From NCBI GenBank assembly GCA_963666285.1, contig OY762711.1: DNA of 64,000 bases, one strand, 5' to 3'. The notes under the pieces are model-generated. The model was not told where the DNA came from. It searched no databases and was given only the letters and a program-made list of their open reading frames with translations. Each line of letters begins with the position of its first letter. Within the stretch, counting starts at the first letter, position 1. This document shows, piece by piece, positions 21,940-31,187 of this stretch. The stretch comes from Sedimentisphaerales bacterium (lineage in GTDB: Bacteria; Planctomycetota; Phycisphaerae; Sedimentisphaerales; SM23-30). The position numbers and the translations under genes are program-made.

Positions 21940-22000
21940 TTCTATCCTTACATAATATCCGAGACAGGACACATAATTATGCCCTGTCTCATTATATCTA

Positions 22001-22157
22001 AATTATTCAAAGTGACAGATTTTACACTTTTTATTGCTGTAAAACAATTTAATGCAAATTGTTATATTAATGATTTAATTAGCTTGCCGCTTTGCGGCAA
22101 ACCTTCCCTAATACCAAATAACTAATACCTCTCAAACTGACCATCGGTCAGTTTGAG
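22001..22157 (+). repeat. Composite REP-like element (AT-rich arm, GC hairpin, heptamer tract, palindrome)
   Basis: Near-identical sequence recurs, interrupted, from 62245 to window end; contains TTGCCGC-ttt-GCGGCAA and CTCAAACTGACC-atc-GGTCAGTTTGAG. Confidence 0.8.
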
Positions 22158-22161
22158 TAAA

Positions 22162-23250
22162 TTACTGCTTTCTCCGGCGTCGAGCTATTAACATTCCGCC
22201 CAAACCTAAAATCGTCATAGTAGCCGGTTCAGGAACCATGGTAATCTCAGAAATGCCCGCATTAAAACCAAAAGTTCCATACAGAGAATCTCCTTCAAGA
22301 AAATTACCGTCAATATCCAAACCGCCATACCAGCCAAACCCCTGGGTGGAATCCAGGGTTGCGATCACCTCGTAATTAATGCCGCTGCCGATTGCCATGC
22401 TTTCATTCCACATTATTACTTCGGAAGTGCCATTCATAAAATCGTTATATGTCACAAAAACATTTCCGCCATCGTCAACTGTGATACCGTTAGCCCCGTC
22501 ACTAAGGTCTGACAGCAAAATAGCATCGTCCAGCGTTAATATTTCATCAACTTCACCGGCTTCGATATCGTCAAAGACAGAACTTACCAGCCCGGCATCC
22601 CACTTATATAAAGCAGAGCTGCCAAAATTATAAGTCGCATAATAAATATTACCTGACTTATCAACTGTCATCGAAGCTGAATTACCTAGTGTCTGGATAA
22701 GGGTATCATGCTGGCAAACACCACCGCTATTGGTTACCGAACTATCAGAAATATATCTGAAAATATAATTCTCCTGGCCGTAGCCGCCGTTCCATGGCTC
22801 GTTCAGCCCGGAAAAATACAAATCGCTACCGATTGTATCGGCCCCGTAAGCGTTAACCGCACTTGTCGAGCCGGTTTTCCATTCCCCGCTATTATGATCG
22901 TATTCATAAATATGGGCGTCACTTGAACCACTTATCGTTGCGGCATAAAACGTATTTGTCTCAGGGTTATAAACACCAAAGGCGTCGCCCCCTCCATTCG
23001 ATTCAACTCCGCTATCTGGCTTGCCGATCAGGGTGGTATCTCCTGTGGCTGCGTTGGTGGTATAGTAACCGTCACCAGTGTTCCAGTAATGGAGCACTCC
23101 ATCATAAACAGTAAAATCTGTTACCGTTGCTATTGTTGTTATATCTCGCGCTGAATACTTGCTTGTATCAACATCAACATAATCTGATAAATCTGCAGCA
23201 TTAACATAAGCAGAAATGCTCAGCAGCATTATTATTAGTTTTTTATTCAT
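22162..23250 (-). CDS. PEP-CTERM sorting-domain protein, probable beta-propeller
   Basis: Signal peptide; blade-like 'MTVDKSGNIYYA', 'ITVDDGGNVFVT'; VPEPATMTILGLGGMLIARRRRKQ. Confidence 0.85.
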   Translation of the reverse strand: MNKKLIIMLLSISAYVNAADLSDYVDVDTSKYSARDITTIATVTDFTVYDGVLHYWNTGDGYYTTNAATGDTTLIGKPDSGVESNGGGDAFGVYNPETNTFYAATISGSSDAHIYEYDHNSGEWKTGSTSAVNAYGADTIGSDLYFSGLNEPWNGGYGQENYIFRYISDSSVTNSGGVCQHDTLIQTLGNSASMTVDKSGNIYYATYNFGSSALYKWDAGLVSSVFDDIEAGEVDEILTLDDAILLSDLSDGANGITVDDGGNVFVTYNDFMNGTSEVIMWNESMAIGSGINYEVIATLDSTQGFGWYGGLDIDGNFLEGDSLYGTFGFNAGISEITMVPEPATMTILGLGGMLIARRRRKQ

Positions 23251-23268
23251 TTTTTATTTTCCCTTTCC

Positions 23269-24015
23269 TTAATATGCTTTCTTTCTACGTGACACCATCA
23301 AACCACCTAAACCTAATATCGCCAGCGTGGCTGGTTCCGGCACCACCCCGTTCAAGGCCTCTACGTAATTAATCTCGGTGCTGAAATAGCCAAATATTCC
23401 GGCTGAATCATCTGTCGCGGTCCTGATACGAACATAGGCAATATCGGTTAAGCTGACATAATTGCCATCTGCATCAATTGCCTCGCTCAAATCGATTAAA
23501 TCTCCGCCTACGGTTACATCTGCATAACCCGTAACGCTATTTGACCAGTTGGAATTATAGGGATAACCAACAGATAAAGCACTGTCTCTTGGGTCGCCAA
23601 CTAAATCATAATTGCTGGTCTTGATCAGATAAAATGTCTCGTCCATCCAGCCGTCAGCTGTTGCGCCATCGCCATCAGTTTCGCAGGCTACCTCTACATA
23701 GCCCGGTTCATACCAGCTTGACATTGGGTTACCTACTATATTAAGATCTGCTCCGTCACCGTTTAGAATTGAGGTACTGAAACCAAGACAGATTCCGACC
23801 GCTCGGTCATTTGTACCCTGATCCGGGTTATCTGACCATCTGCCAAGTGAAACGATATCTGATGTGTTCAGAGCGTTTTCCGGGGTAGCATAATAGCCGC
23901 CATGGGTTTGTACTCCCTGCTCATAATAGCATAGTACATCACATATGGTCCCAGCATGAGACATCATTGGCAGACAAATTATTGTAAGCATTATATTTAT
24001 TACTCTTTTTAACAT
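23269..24015 (-). CDS. PEP-CTERM protein with putative BtuH-like cobalamin-binding domain
   Basis: Signal peptide; SLG..GF..ILNGDGADL.IVGN..W.EPG.V.V..GYAD..IDLSEAIDADG..I.YV.I.T..G.FG..STE; VPEPATLAILGLGGLMVSRRKK; first gene after B12 riboswitch. Confidence 0.75.
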   Translation of the reverse strand: MLKRVINIMLTIICLPMMSHAGTICDVLCYYEQGVQTHGGYYATPENALNTSDIVSLGRWSDNPDQGTNDRAVGICLGFSTSILNGDGADLNIVGNPMSSWYEPGYVEVACETDGDGATADGWMDETFYLIKTSNYDLVGDPRDSALSVGYPYNSNWSNSVTGYADVTVGGDLIDLSEAIDADGNYVSLTDIAYVRIRTATDDSAGIFGYFSTEINYVEALNGVVPEPATLAILGLGGLMVSRRKKAY

Positions 24016-24345
24016 ATTTTATTTCTCCGTAATTCTGTTGTTTTTGTTTCTTATAAATTCCAACTTTGAGCCTTCAATATAAATTATCTACATTGGTTTC
24101 ACCTCCATTCTTACTGGTGATGAGGCTCTGATTACGGAGAAATTTGCCTTTACAAGCCGTTTCTGCAATTGCTTTCAGGCATATTGCATTTAACCGAAAT
24201 TTGCTTATAATATTTGTTGCTAGGAAGCCGGTTTCCGGTTTCGCGGGGCGTTGGCATCTCCTTGTCAGCGCCCCTTTCCATTAAAACTCTTACCTCAAAT
24301 CTCTCTTACCAAAAGATACACCCGGGCACGAGCCATACGCGTAAT

Positions 24346-24383
24346 AAAAAAAGCCGCTGTTCCGGCGAAAGGAACAACGGCTT
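24346..24383 (-). terminator. Intrinsic terminator in riboswitch expression platform
   Basis: Minus strand AAGCCGTTGTTCC-tttcgcc-GGAACAGCGGCTT-TTTTT, about 90 nt downstream of the aptamer. Confidence 0.8.
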
Positions 24384-24475
24384 AGTTGTTTGCTATGTCA
24401 GGGGTTACGGCATTGTCTATCTGGCAATCCGACTGATGCAGTTCTTTTCGCGAGAACAAAATACAAGTTCATCAT

Positions 24476-24650
24476 ACAGGTATTCTGACTCTCGCTCTAT
24501 CGGATATCACCTTCCCAACTAATTCTATTAATCAGTGGCATAAGATATCTGAATTTCTGGTATGACCAGATCGAACGATCACAGCGGCGCGACCGTCGTG
24601 GATTTTCACCACGTTCCCTGCCAGGCTCTAAACAGCCTGTCTTCTTTTCT
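24476..24650 (-). ncRNA. Cobalamin (B12) riboswitch
   Basis: Minus strand: AGGGAAcgtGGTGAAAATCCacgaCGGtcgCGCCGCTGTgA...GCCACTG...GGGAAGG...GAGTCAGAATACCTG, the canonical B12-element order. Confidence 0.92.
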
Positions 24651-24671
24651 AATTGTTAAAGAACATCATCA

Positions 24672-24700
24672 ATAATACTCTTAGCCTTTTTAGATGTCAA
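24672..24700 (-). promoter_or_regulatory. Sigma70-type promoter of the B12-riboswitch transcript
   Basis: TTGACA-N17-TATTAT on minus strand just upstream of the aptamer. Confidence 0.75.
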
Positions 24701-24831
24701 AGAAAAAGATCTGGAACTATTTTTTACTCAATTTTAGTAGCGAATTATATTTTGTTAAGTATTTAGGACTGTTACAGTTGCACTGGATTATTCGCTGGAT
24801 ATATATATGGACCCACCTTATAATCTCTATT

Positions 24832-26640
24832 ATGGAAACGGAAAATATAAATCTGAATACCGAAAATTCTCCGGCACCGCCCCCCCGGCAAAAGGGCATG
24901 CGGGCTGCTGTTATACTTTCATTACTGACAATCTTTATGCTCTGGCTCAGTCAGGAACCGGCAGGATGGAGCTTCCTTTCATGGTTCGCACTTGTCCCCT
25001 GGGTCGTCGCAACCGTTCGCTGCGAACGATATCTCAAAATGGCGGCCGTTAACTGGGCCTGCGGTTCACTTTACTTTGTCATCAGCCTGTACTGGCTCTG
25101 GGATATCACCGGACCCGGCATGATAGCACTGTCTATCTACCTCGGACTTTACTTCGTTATCTCAGGTTTTATTCTCAGACGCGTTTACGTCGCCCGCAGA
25201 CGGTGGTGGTTCTCTGTCTGCCTGCCGATCGTATGGGTCGGCCAGGAATACCTCCGCGGCACTGTCATGACAGGATTCCCATGGCTGTTCATTTCACACA
25301 CTCTCATCGACTACCGAATTGCACAGGTCGCTGAGATTACCGGCGCTTACGGCGTTACCTTCCTCGCGGCCATGGTCAACGGCCTGCTCTGTGATGGACT
25401 GCTCAGACCACTGTTCGATATCAACCCGCGCACCGGACAGAGACGCGCCGCCGGACTATTCCGCATGCTGCTGGTAGGCGTCATTATCTCAGGTGCCCAC
25501 CTGTACGGCACACTGCGACGCAACTACGTCGCCAACAACAGCACACCCGGACCAATCGTCACCGTCATACAGGACACCATCCCGCAATCAAATAAAGATT
25601 CCGCCGCAAACTTCGACAATATGTTCGACAGCCATATCAGGCTCAGCCAACAGGCCGCTGATGATAATGTCAAAGAAAACCTTATCATCTGGCCCGAGAC
25701 TATCGTACCGGCACATATCAACCAGGAGTTCCTTGACCTGAAACAAAGATATGATTTCCTTACCGAAAACTTTAAAGATCGTGTCGACGCAGCACATAAA
25801 TACAACGACCGGTTAATGAAACTGGCCAAAGATACCAACACCGGGTTACTGGTCGGCACTCCCGGTATGGTTTTGAGATTGTCAGACGATAAATCAGGAG
25901 TTGAAATCGACAGGACAAACTCGGCGGTCATGTATAAAAATAACGGCGACCGGTTCGGGCAGCGGTACGACAAGATCCATCGCGTTCCTTTCGGCGAATA
26001 TGTACCGTTCAAAGAATCCATACCATGGCTCAATAAACTACTGCTGAACCTTACTCCTTACGATTACGACTACAGTATCTTACCAGGCAGAAACCCTGTC
26101 AGGTTCGATGTTCAGCAGTCAACCGAAGAAACCGAAAACCGCCCCGCCCAGACAAACAATTACGGCTACGCCGTTGCTATCTGCTATGAAGATGTTATCC
26201 CACAGACCGCTATACTGCTGAGCAATTACGAAGGCATTGACTTCCTGGTAAATATCAGCAACGAAGGCTGGTACGTCACTCCGCACGAACTCGATTGCGG
26301 CGGCGGCATCATCGAGGTTACTCCATCCAGCGAATTAATGCAGCATTGGAATATCAGCCGATATCGTGCCATCGAAAACCGGATCGGTATCGTCCGATCG
26401 GTCAACTGCGGCATAAGCGGGTTCATCAAACCTGACGGCTACGCCCAGACCTCCGGCACCGGCACTCTCTCTGAACTGCCACAGGACCGACGCTGCCAGG
26501 TCGGATACCTGACCGATAACGTCTGGCTCTATAAAGGCGGCAAGACCATATATGCAAGAATCGGCGACTCTTTCGCTATCACCTGCACCATCCTTATGGG
26601 ATTAATATTTGTTGTAACCCTGAAAAAATCTCGTAATTAA
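24832..26640 (+). CDS. lnt: Apolipoprotein N-acyltransferase
   Basis: N-terminal TMs, GFPW, G.YG, WPET, YDKIHRVPFGEYVP, ICYED, RAIENR, N.GIS. Confidence 0.95.
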   Translation: METENINLNTENSPAPPPRQKGMRAAVILSLLTIFMLWLSQEPAGWSFLSWFALVPWVVATVRCERYLKMAAVNWACGSLYFVISLYWLWDITGPGMIALSIYLGLYFVISGFILRRVYVARRRWWFSVCLPIVWVGQEYLRGTVMTGFPWLFISHTLIDYRIAQVAEITGAYGVTFLAAMVNGLLCDGLLRPLFDINPRTGQRRAAGLFRMLLVGVIISGAHLYGTLRRNYVANNSTPGPIVTVIQDTIPQSNKDSAANFDNMFDSHIRLSQQAADDNVKENLIIWPETIVPAHINQEFLDLKQRYDFLTENFKDRVDAAHKYNDRLMKLAKDTNTGLLVGTPGMVLRLSDDKSGVEIDRTNSAVMYKNNGDRFGQRYDKIHRVPFGEYVPFKESIPWLNKLLLNLTPYDYDYSILPGRNPVRFDVQQSTEETENRPAQTNNYGYAVAICYEDVIPQTAILLSNYEGIDFLVNISNEGWYVTPHELDCGGGIIEVTPSSELMQHWNISRYRAIENRIGIVRSVNCGISGFIKPDGYAQTSGTGTLSELPQDRRCQVGYLTDNVWLYKGGKTIYARIGDSFAITCTILMGLIFVVTLKKSRN

Positions 26641-26855
26641 AATTTAGACAAATTCATCAAAAACAGCTCATATAAAGCTTTTAAGACAAGCCTGCCTAAG
26701 CGAAACTTTGACTAATTTCTTCTTACTGCGACCACATAAACATCTACACAGAAACGACATAGCTCACAAATTCTCCTTTAACTTGAATATTACCTCTCCA
26801 CTGGAATATAATATCATAAAAAGTTAACAACAGAACAAATACATTTGGAGAGTTT

Positions 26856-27458
26856 ATGAATACTTTCGAAGCCATTAAAACCAGACGCTCAGTCAAACAT
26901 TTTGACCCTAACCACGTTATGAGCAAAGAAGAAATCGAACAGATACTTTCTCTGGCCGTTCTTTCTCCCACCGCTTTCAATATACAAAACTGGCGGTTCG
27001 TCATTGTCGATGACCCCAAACAACGACAAAAAATCAGGCAGGTCGCATGGGATCAGTCACAGGTTACCGACACCTCACTTTTCATCGTTCTATGTGCCGA
27101 TGTCAAGGCCTGGAAAAAGCAACCCCAACGATATTGGGCCGAAGCCCAACAGGAAATACAGGATTTCATGGTACCCGCTATCGATCAATATTACCGCGAT
27201 AGGGAACAGGTCCAGAGAGATGAAGCTATGCGATCATGCGGTATTGTCGCACAGACTCTCATGCTCACCACCAGGGCTATGGGCTACGATTCATGCCCGA
27301 TGGACGGGTTTGACTTCGATAAGGTAGCAGAAATTATCAACCTGCCGGACGACCACGTAATCGCAATGTTCGTTGCTATCGGTAAAGCCGCCAACGAGGC
27401 TTATCCGCGTTCGGGCCAGCTGCCGCTTTACGAAGTTATTATAAAAAACAAATTCTGA
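26856..27458 (+). CDS. Nitroreductase family protein
   Basis: RRSVKHFD, SPTAFNIQNWRF, GYDSCPMDGFD. Confidence 0.92.
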   Translation: MNTFEAIKTRRSVKHFDPNHVMSKEEIEQILSLAVLSPTAFNIQNWRFVIVDDPKQRQKIRQVAWDQSQVTDTSLFIVLCADVKAWKKQPQRYWAEAQQEIQDFMVPAIDQYYRDREQVQRDEAMRSCGIVAQTLMLTTRAMGYDSCPMDGFDFDKVAEIINLPDDHVIAMFVAIGKAANEAYPRSGQLPLYEVIIKNKF

Positions 27459-27495
27459 TTTTACCGTCAGTCGAACCTGTCAAAAAGCTGGTCTT

Positions 27496-28548
27496 TTACG
27501 CCACAATACTCTCAGCTGACAACACCGGCCCCATCGACTTCTCGGTGAAGTTAATGATATTCTGCATCATTTCAACTGCTTCCACAGGATGCTTGCCGCT
27601 CGCCGTCTCACCTGACAACATAACATAATCCGAACCGTCGAGAATAGCGTTCGCCACATCGCTCACCTCCGCCCTGGTCGGTCGGATATTCTCGGTCATA
27701 CTCTCCAGCATCTGGGTCGCGGTTATAACAAACTCATCTCGCTGGATACTTTTCTTGATGATCATCTTCTGGACCATCGGAACTTCATACATCGGCAGCG
27801 ATACTCCCATGTCACCGCGAGCTATCATCACGCCATCTGAAACATCCAGTATCTCATCGATATTATTAATACCTTCACGGCTCTCGATCTTCGCGATCAG
27901 CGGACAGTTGTATTTATGCTTATTAATAAAGTCTCGTACGCTTATCATATCCTGGGCCGAACGAACAAAAGACTGCGCTATCAGGCTAACCTTATTCTTT
28001 ATGCCAAACAGCAGATCTTCCTTATCGCCCTCGGTCAAACTATCGAACTCCAGATCGGCATCCGGAATATTGATACCCTTGTTATTCTTTAGCCTGCCCG
28101 GCACAATTACTTCGGCGGTTATCTCGTTTTCGTCACTGCTGATAGCCTTCAGCACGATATTACCGTCATCAATAAATATATTATGACCAGGCTTGATACA
28201 GGTAAACGCTCCCTGGTAATCAAAAGGAATTATATCCGTCTGATCGGTTGCCTCGCCCCGTACCAGCGTTACAATATTGCCCTGCTTGAGCTTGATCGCG
28301 TTATACTCGTTCAGGAACTTTCCGACACGTATCCTGAAACCCGCCAGATCCTGCAATATCGGGATACGCGGACCGCCGTTCTCAAACTGAATCTTACGGA
28401 TCAGGTCAATGTTCTGCTGATGAGTCTCATGTGTACCATGAGAAAAATTCAACCGTGCTACACCCATTCCGGCCTTTACCATACGCGCTAATATCTCAGG
28501 CGTATTACTGGCCGGACCAATAGTACAAATAATTTTGGCTCTTGACAT
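27496..28548 (-). CDS. pyk: Pyruvate kinase, short form (A+B domains only)
   Basis: KIICTIGPAS, RLNFSHG, AKIE, ARGDMG, ATQMLESM, PTRAEVSDVANA, MLSGETA; ends at 350 aa. Confidence 0.9.
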   Translation of the reverse strand: MSRAKIICTIGPASNTPEILARMVKAGMGVARLNFSHGTHETHQQNIDLIRKIQFENGGPRIPILQDLAGFRIRVGKFLNEYNAIKLKQGNIVTLVRGEATDQTDIIPFDYQGAFTCIKPGHNIFIDDGNIVLKAISSDENEITAEVIVPGRLKNNKGINIPDADLEFDSLTEGDKEDLLFGIKNKVSLIAQSFVRSAQDMISVRDFINKHKYNCPLIAKIESREGINNIDEILDVSDGVMIARGDMGVSLPMYEVPMVQKMIIKKSIQRDEFVITATQMLESMTENIRPTRAEVSDVANAILDGSDYVMLSGETASGKHPVEAVEMMQNIINFTEKSMGPVLSAESIVA

Positions 28549-28607
28549 TTTTCTACTCTCTTAGTTATCTTTTGCACTCTACATGTGCAAGTTTTTTAAA
28601 ACAAGCC

Positions 28608-28658
28608 GTGAGCGACAGCGAATTATTCCTGATGTCAACGTACATCAGGACACCTTAA
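28608..28658 (+). repeat. 51-bp palindrome-containing direct repeat, copy 1
   Basis: 50/51 identical to 32464-32514; core TCCTGATGT-caacgt-ACATCAGGA. Confidence 0.9.
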
Positions 28659-28987
28659 CTCTTCTCTTACTTCTTCACTCTTCACTTATTCTAAGTACTC
28701 TCTCTATCTGACTCCGGCTTATATAAGCCGAAATCGTTGCGAATTATAGCGGGTATCCAAATCGATTACAATACTTATTCCGGGAATTATCTCAGTTTTT
28801 TTCTAACCGGCATAAAAATAAACATTTACACAGAAAAAATTAACTCCCAACCCATACAGCACACCCATCTTAACAATGAAATTTTTTTCACTCTAACACC
28901 TCCCTAACACTACAACTCAAAAAACTTCTAACCTCTTACCTCTCTCTTCTCGATTCTCCCTACTCTCTTCTCGCTTCTCTCTTCTAA

Positions 28988-29443
28988 CTATTCTCCTATA
29001 TCCTCATTCCACAGCTCAGGTTTCTCCGCGATAAAACGCTCCATAAGCTCAACACACCTTTGGTCATCTACCACCAGCACCTCTACTCCCCTGGCACGCA
29101 GCGAATCCTCATCACCCATAAACGTTCGATTCTCACCTATCACCACATACGGTATCTTATACAGCAGTGCCATACCCGCACACATCGGACACGGCGACAA
29201 GGTCGTATACAACACACTCTCTTTATACACCGAAGCCGCTCGACGACCCGCGTTCTCTACCGCGTCCATCTCACCATGCAATATCGCGCTGCCCTTCTGC
29301 ACGCGACGGTTATGACCGCGACCGATTATCTCGCCTTTATAGACCAGCACCGAACCTATTGGGATACCGCCCTCGGCATAACCAACCTCCGCTTCACGAA
29401 CTGCCTCTGTCATAAACTTTTCGTCATAAATTTCTTTTATCAT
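28988..29443 (-). CDS. Zn-dependent cytosine/nucleoside deaminase (yeast-FCY1 type)
   Basis: EGGIPIG, HNRRVQ, HGE, LSPCPMC, WNEDIGE. Confidence 0.9.
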   Translation of the reverse strand: MIKEIYDEKFMTEAVREAEVGYAEGGIPIGSVLVYKGEIIGRGHNRRVQKGSAILHGEMDAVENAGRRAASVYKESVLYTTLSPCPMCAGMALLYKIPYVVIGENRTFMGDEDSLRARGVEVLVVDDQRCVELMERFIAEKPELWNEDIGE

Positions 29444-29650
29444 AGCTCACCTGCATTAAAACAATTTACAAACCGTCAAGCACTTACCTCTTACTTCTCT
29501 TTTCTGACTTTTTTTTACTCTTTTTATTTTACACTTTACTCTTTTTTCATACTACCATAACCGCAAAACATATCAAGAAATTCTTTTCAAAATACTATAC
29601 CGCCTGTATATCGTCAATTTCCAACTCGAATCGCCATAATGGATTTATCC

Positions 29651-29680
29651 TTGACCCACCTGTAAAAAATACTGTAGAAT
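29651..29680 (+). promoter_or_regulatory. Candidate sigma70 promoter of fprA
   Basis: TTGACC-N18-TAGAAT. Confidence 0.4.
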
Positions 29681-29684
29681 TATA

Positions 29685-29759
29685 GGTTGCTTCTGGAAAT
29701 TGCTTTTGATGCGAGAAATAGATCTGTTCGCAGTACAAAATGATTTTCTAGAAGTGGCC
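29685..29759. repeat. MITE-like element, family 2, 75-bp minimal copy
   Basis: Shares GGAAATTGCTTTTGATGCGA with 20541-20560; GG..CC inverted ends; flanks TATA/CATA. Confidence 0.65.
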
Positions 29760-29854
29760 CATAACTTAAAAAAACTATAAAAAGGCTAAGGACATTGCTC
29801 ACCACAATATTCTGCAATATCCCGCCTGACCACTCACAGGAGAGAGACACAACT

Positions 29855-31048
29855 ATGCAAAACGCTATACCAATATCAGACAATATATTCTGGGTCGGTG
29901 TCAACGACCGACAGACAGACCTGTTCGAAGGAATGTGGCCGCTGCCCAGGGGCGTATCATACAACAGCTACCTGGTAGCCGGCGAAAAAGTAGCACTCAT
30001 GGACACCGTCAAGGAAGGATCAATGCCGATCTTCCTCGATAGAATCGCAAACGTCCTGCCAAATAAACTCAAAATCGATTATCTGGTTATCCACCATCTC
30101 GAACCGGACCATTCCGGCTCGATCCCGCACCTCAAAAAACTGTTCCCAGAAATGACTATCATCGGCAACCAGAAAACCGCTGAATTCGTCGAACATCTCT
30201 TCGGCATAACTGAAGGCGTACAAATCGTCAAGGAAGGTGACGAGCTCGACCTCGGCGGAAAAAAACTCAAGTTCTTCATGACCCCGATGGTACACTGGCC
30301 CGAAACCATGATGAGCTATGAACTCGAAAGTAAAACACTTTTCTCCGGCGACGCCTTCGGCGGTTTCGGCACACTCGACGGCAGTATCTTTGACGACCAG
30401 CTTGACATCTCATATTACGAAGATGAGATACTACGCTACTTCTCCAACATCGTCGGCAAATACACCGGACCCGTACAGAAAGCGATCGGCAAACTCAGCG
30501 GCATCGATATCAAAACCGTCTGTGCCACCCACGGACCCGTATGGCGCAGCAAACCGGCCGAGATCATCGGACTATACGACAAATGGAGCAAACAGGAAAC
30601 CGAACCCGGCATCGTCATCGCCTACGGCTCCATGTACGGCAACACCGCCAACATGATGGAAGCCGTCGCCCACGGCATAACCGACGCCGGCTGCTCTGAG
30701 ATCAGGGTACACGACCTCTCAAGGAGCCATCTGTCATATGTCATCCGCGACACATGGCGATACAAAGGGCTCATACTTGGCAGCTCTACCTACGACCTCG
30801 GCATTTTCCCGCCGGTTGACGCTCTCGTCAAACTGCTGCAGGCCAAAAAACTATCCAACCGGACCGTAGGAATCTTCGGCAGCTACGGATGGTCCGGCGG
30901 CGCCGTATCCGGCCTCCGATCATTCGCCGAGACTACTAAACAGAACCTCATCGAACCGGTCGTCGAATCACGGTTCACGCCCGGCGATGATCTGCTCGAA
31001 CAATGCCGACAGCTCGGCTATAACGTAGCCAAAGCCGTCATGCAATAG
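29855..31048 (+). CDS. fprA: Flavodiiron protein (A-type flavoprotein)
   Basis: SYNSYL, HLEPDHSG, HWPE, SGDAFG, THG, flavodoxin SMYGNT and FGSYGWSGGA. Confidence 0.93.
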   Translation: MQNAIPISDNIFWVGVNDRQTDLFEGMWPLPRGVSYNSYLVAGEKVALMDTVKEGSMPIFLDRIANVLPNKLKIDYLVIHHLEPDHSGSIPHLKKLFPEMTIIGNQKTAEFVEHLFGITEGVQIVKEGDELDLGGKKLKFFMTPMVHWPETMMSYELESKTLFSGDAFGGFGTLDGSIFDDQLDISYYEDEILRYFSNIVGKYTGPVQKAIGKLSGIDIKTVCATHGPVWRSKPAEIIGLYDKWSKQETEPGIVIAYGSMYGNTANMMEAVAHGITDAGCSEIRVHDLSRSHLSYVIRDTWRYKGLILGSSTYDLGIFPPVDALVKLLQAKKLSNRTVGIFGSYGWSGGAVSGLRSFAETTKQNLIEPVVESRFTPGDDLLEQCRQLGYNVAKAVMQ

Positions 31049-31062
31049 CATACCAACCCAAC

Positions 31063-31102
31063 CAAAACTCAAACATTCAAACATTCAAACATTCAAACAC
31101 TC
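31063..31102 (+). repeat. Octamer tandem repeat (AAACATTC)n
   Basis: About 5 degenerate units after the fprA stop. Confidence 0.8.
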
Positions 31103-31112
31103 AACCAACACT

Positions 31113-31143
31113 AAAGGGCAGGCACCACACCTGCCCTTTTTTT
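31113..31143. terminator. Intrinsic terminator
   Basis: AAAGGGCAGG-caccaca-CCTGCCCTTTTTTT. Confidence 0.85.
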
Positions 31144-31187
31144 ATTTCGCAGACTCCAATCTAACTTTCAACCTATCGACAAACTCC

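Noticed and set aside
21961..21990. Hairpin GAGACAGG..CCTGTCTC as a terminator splitting the B12 operon
   Set aside because: No U-tract on the minus strand; more likely a stabilising or processing stem, though unproven
24214..24522. 102-aa plus-strand ORF
   Set aside because: Antisense to the riboswitch expression platform; no coding features
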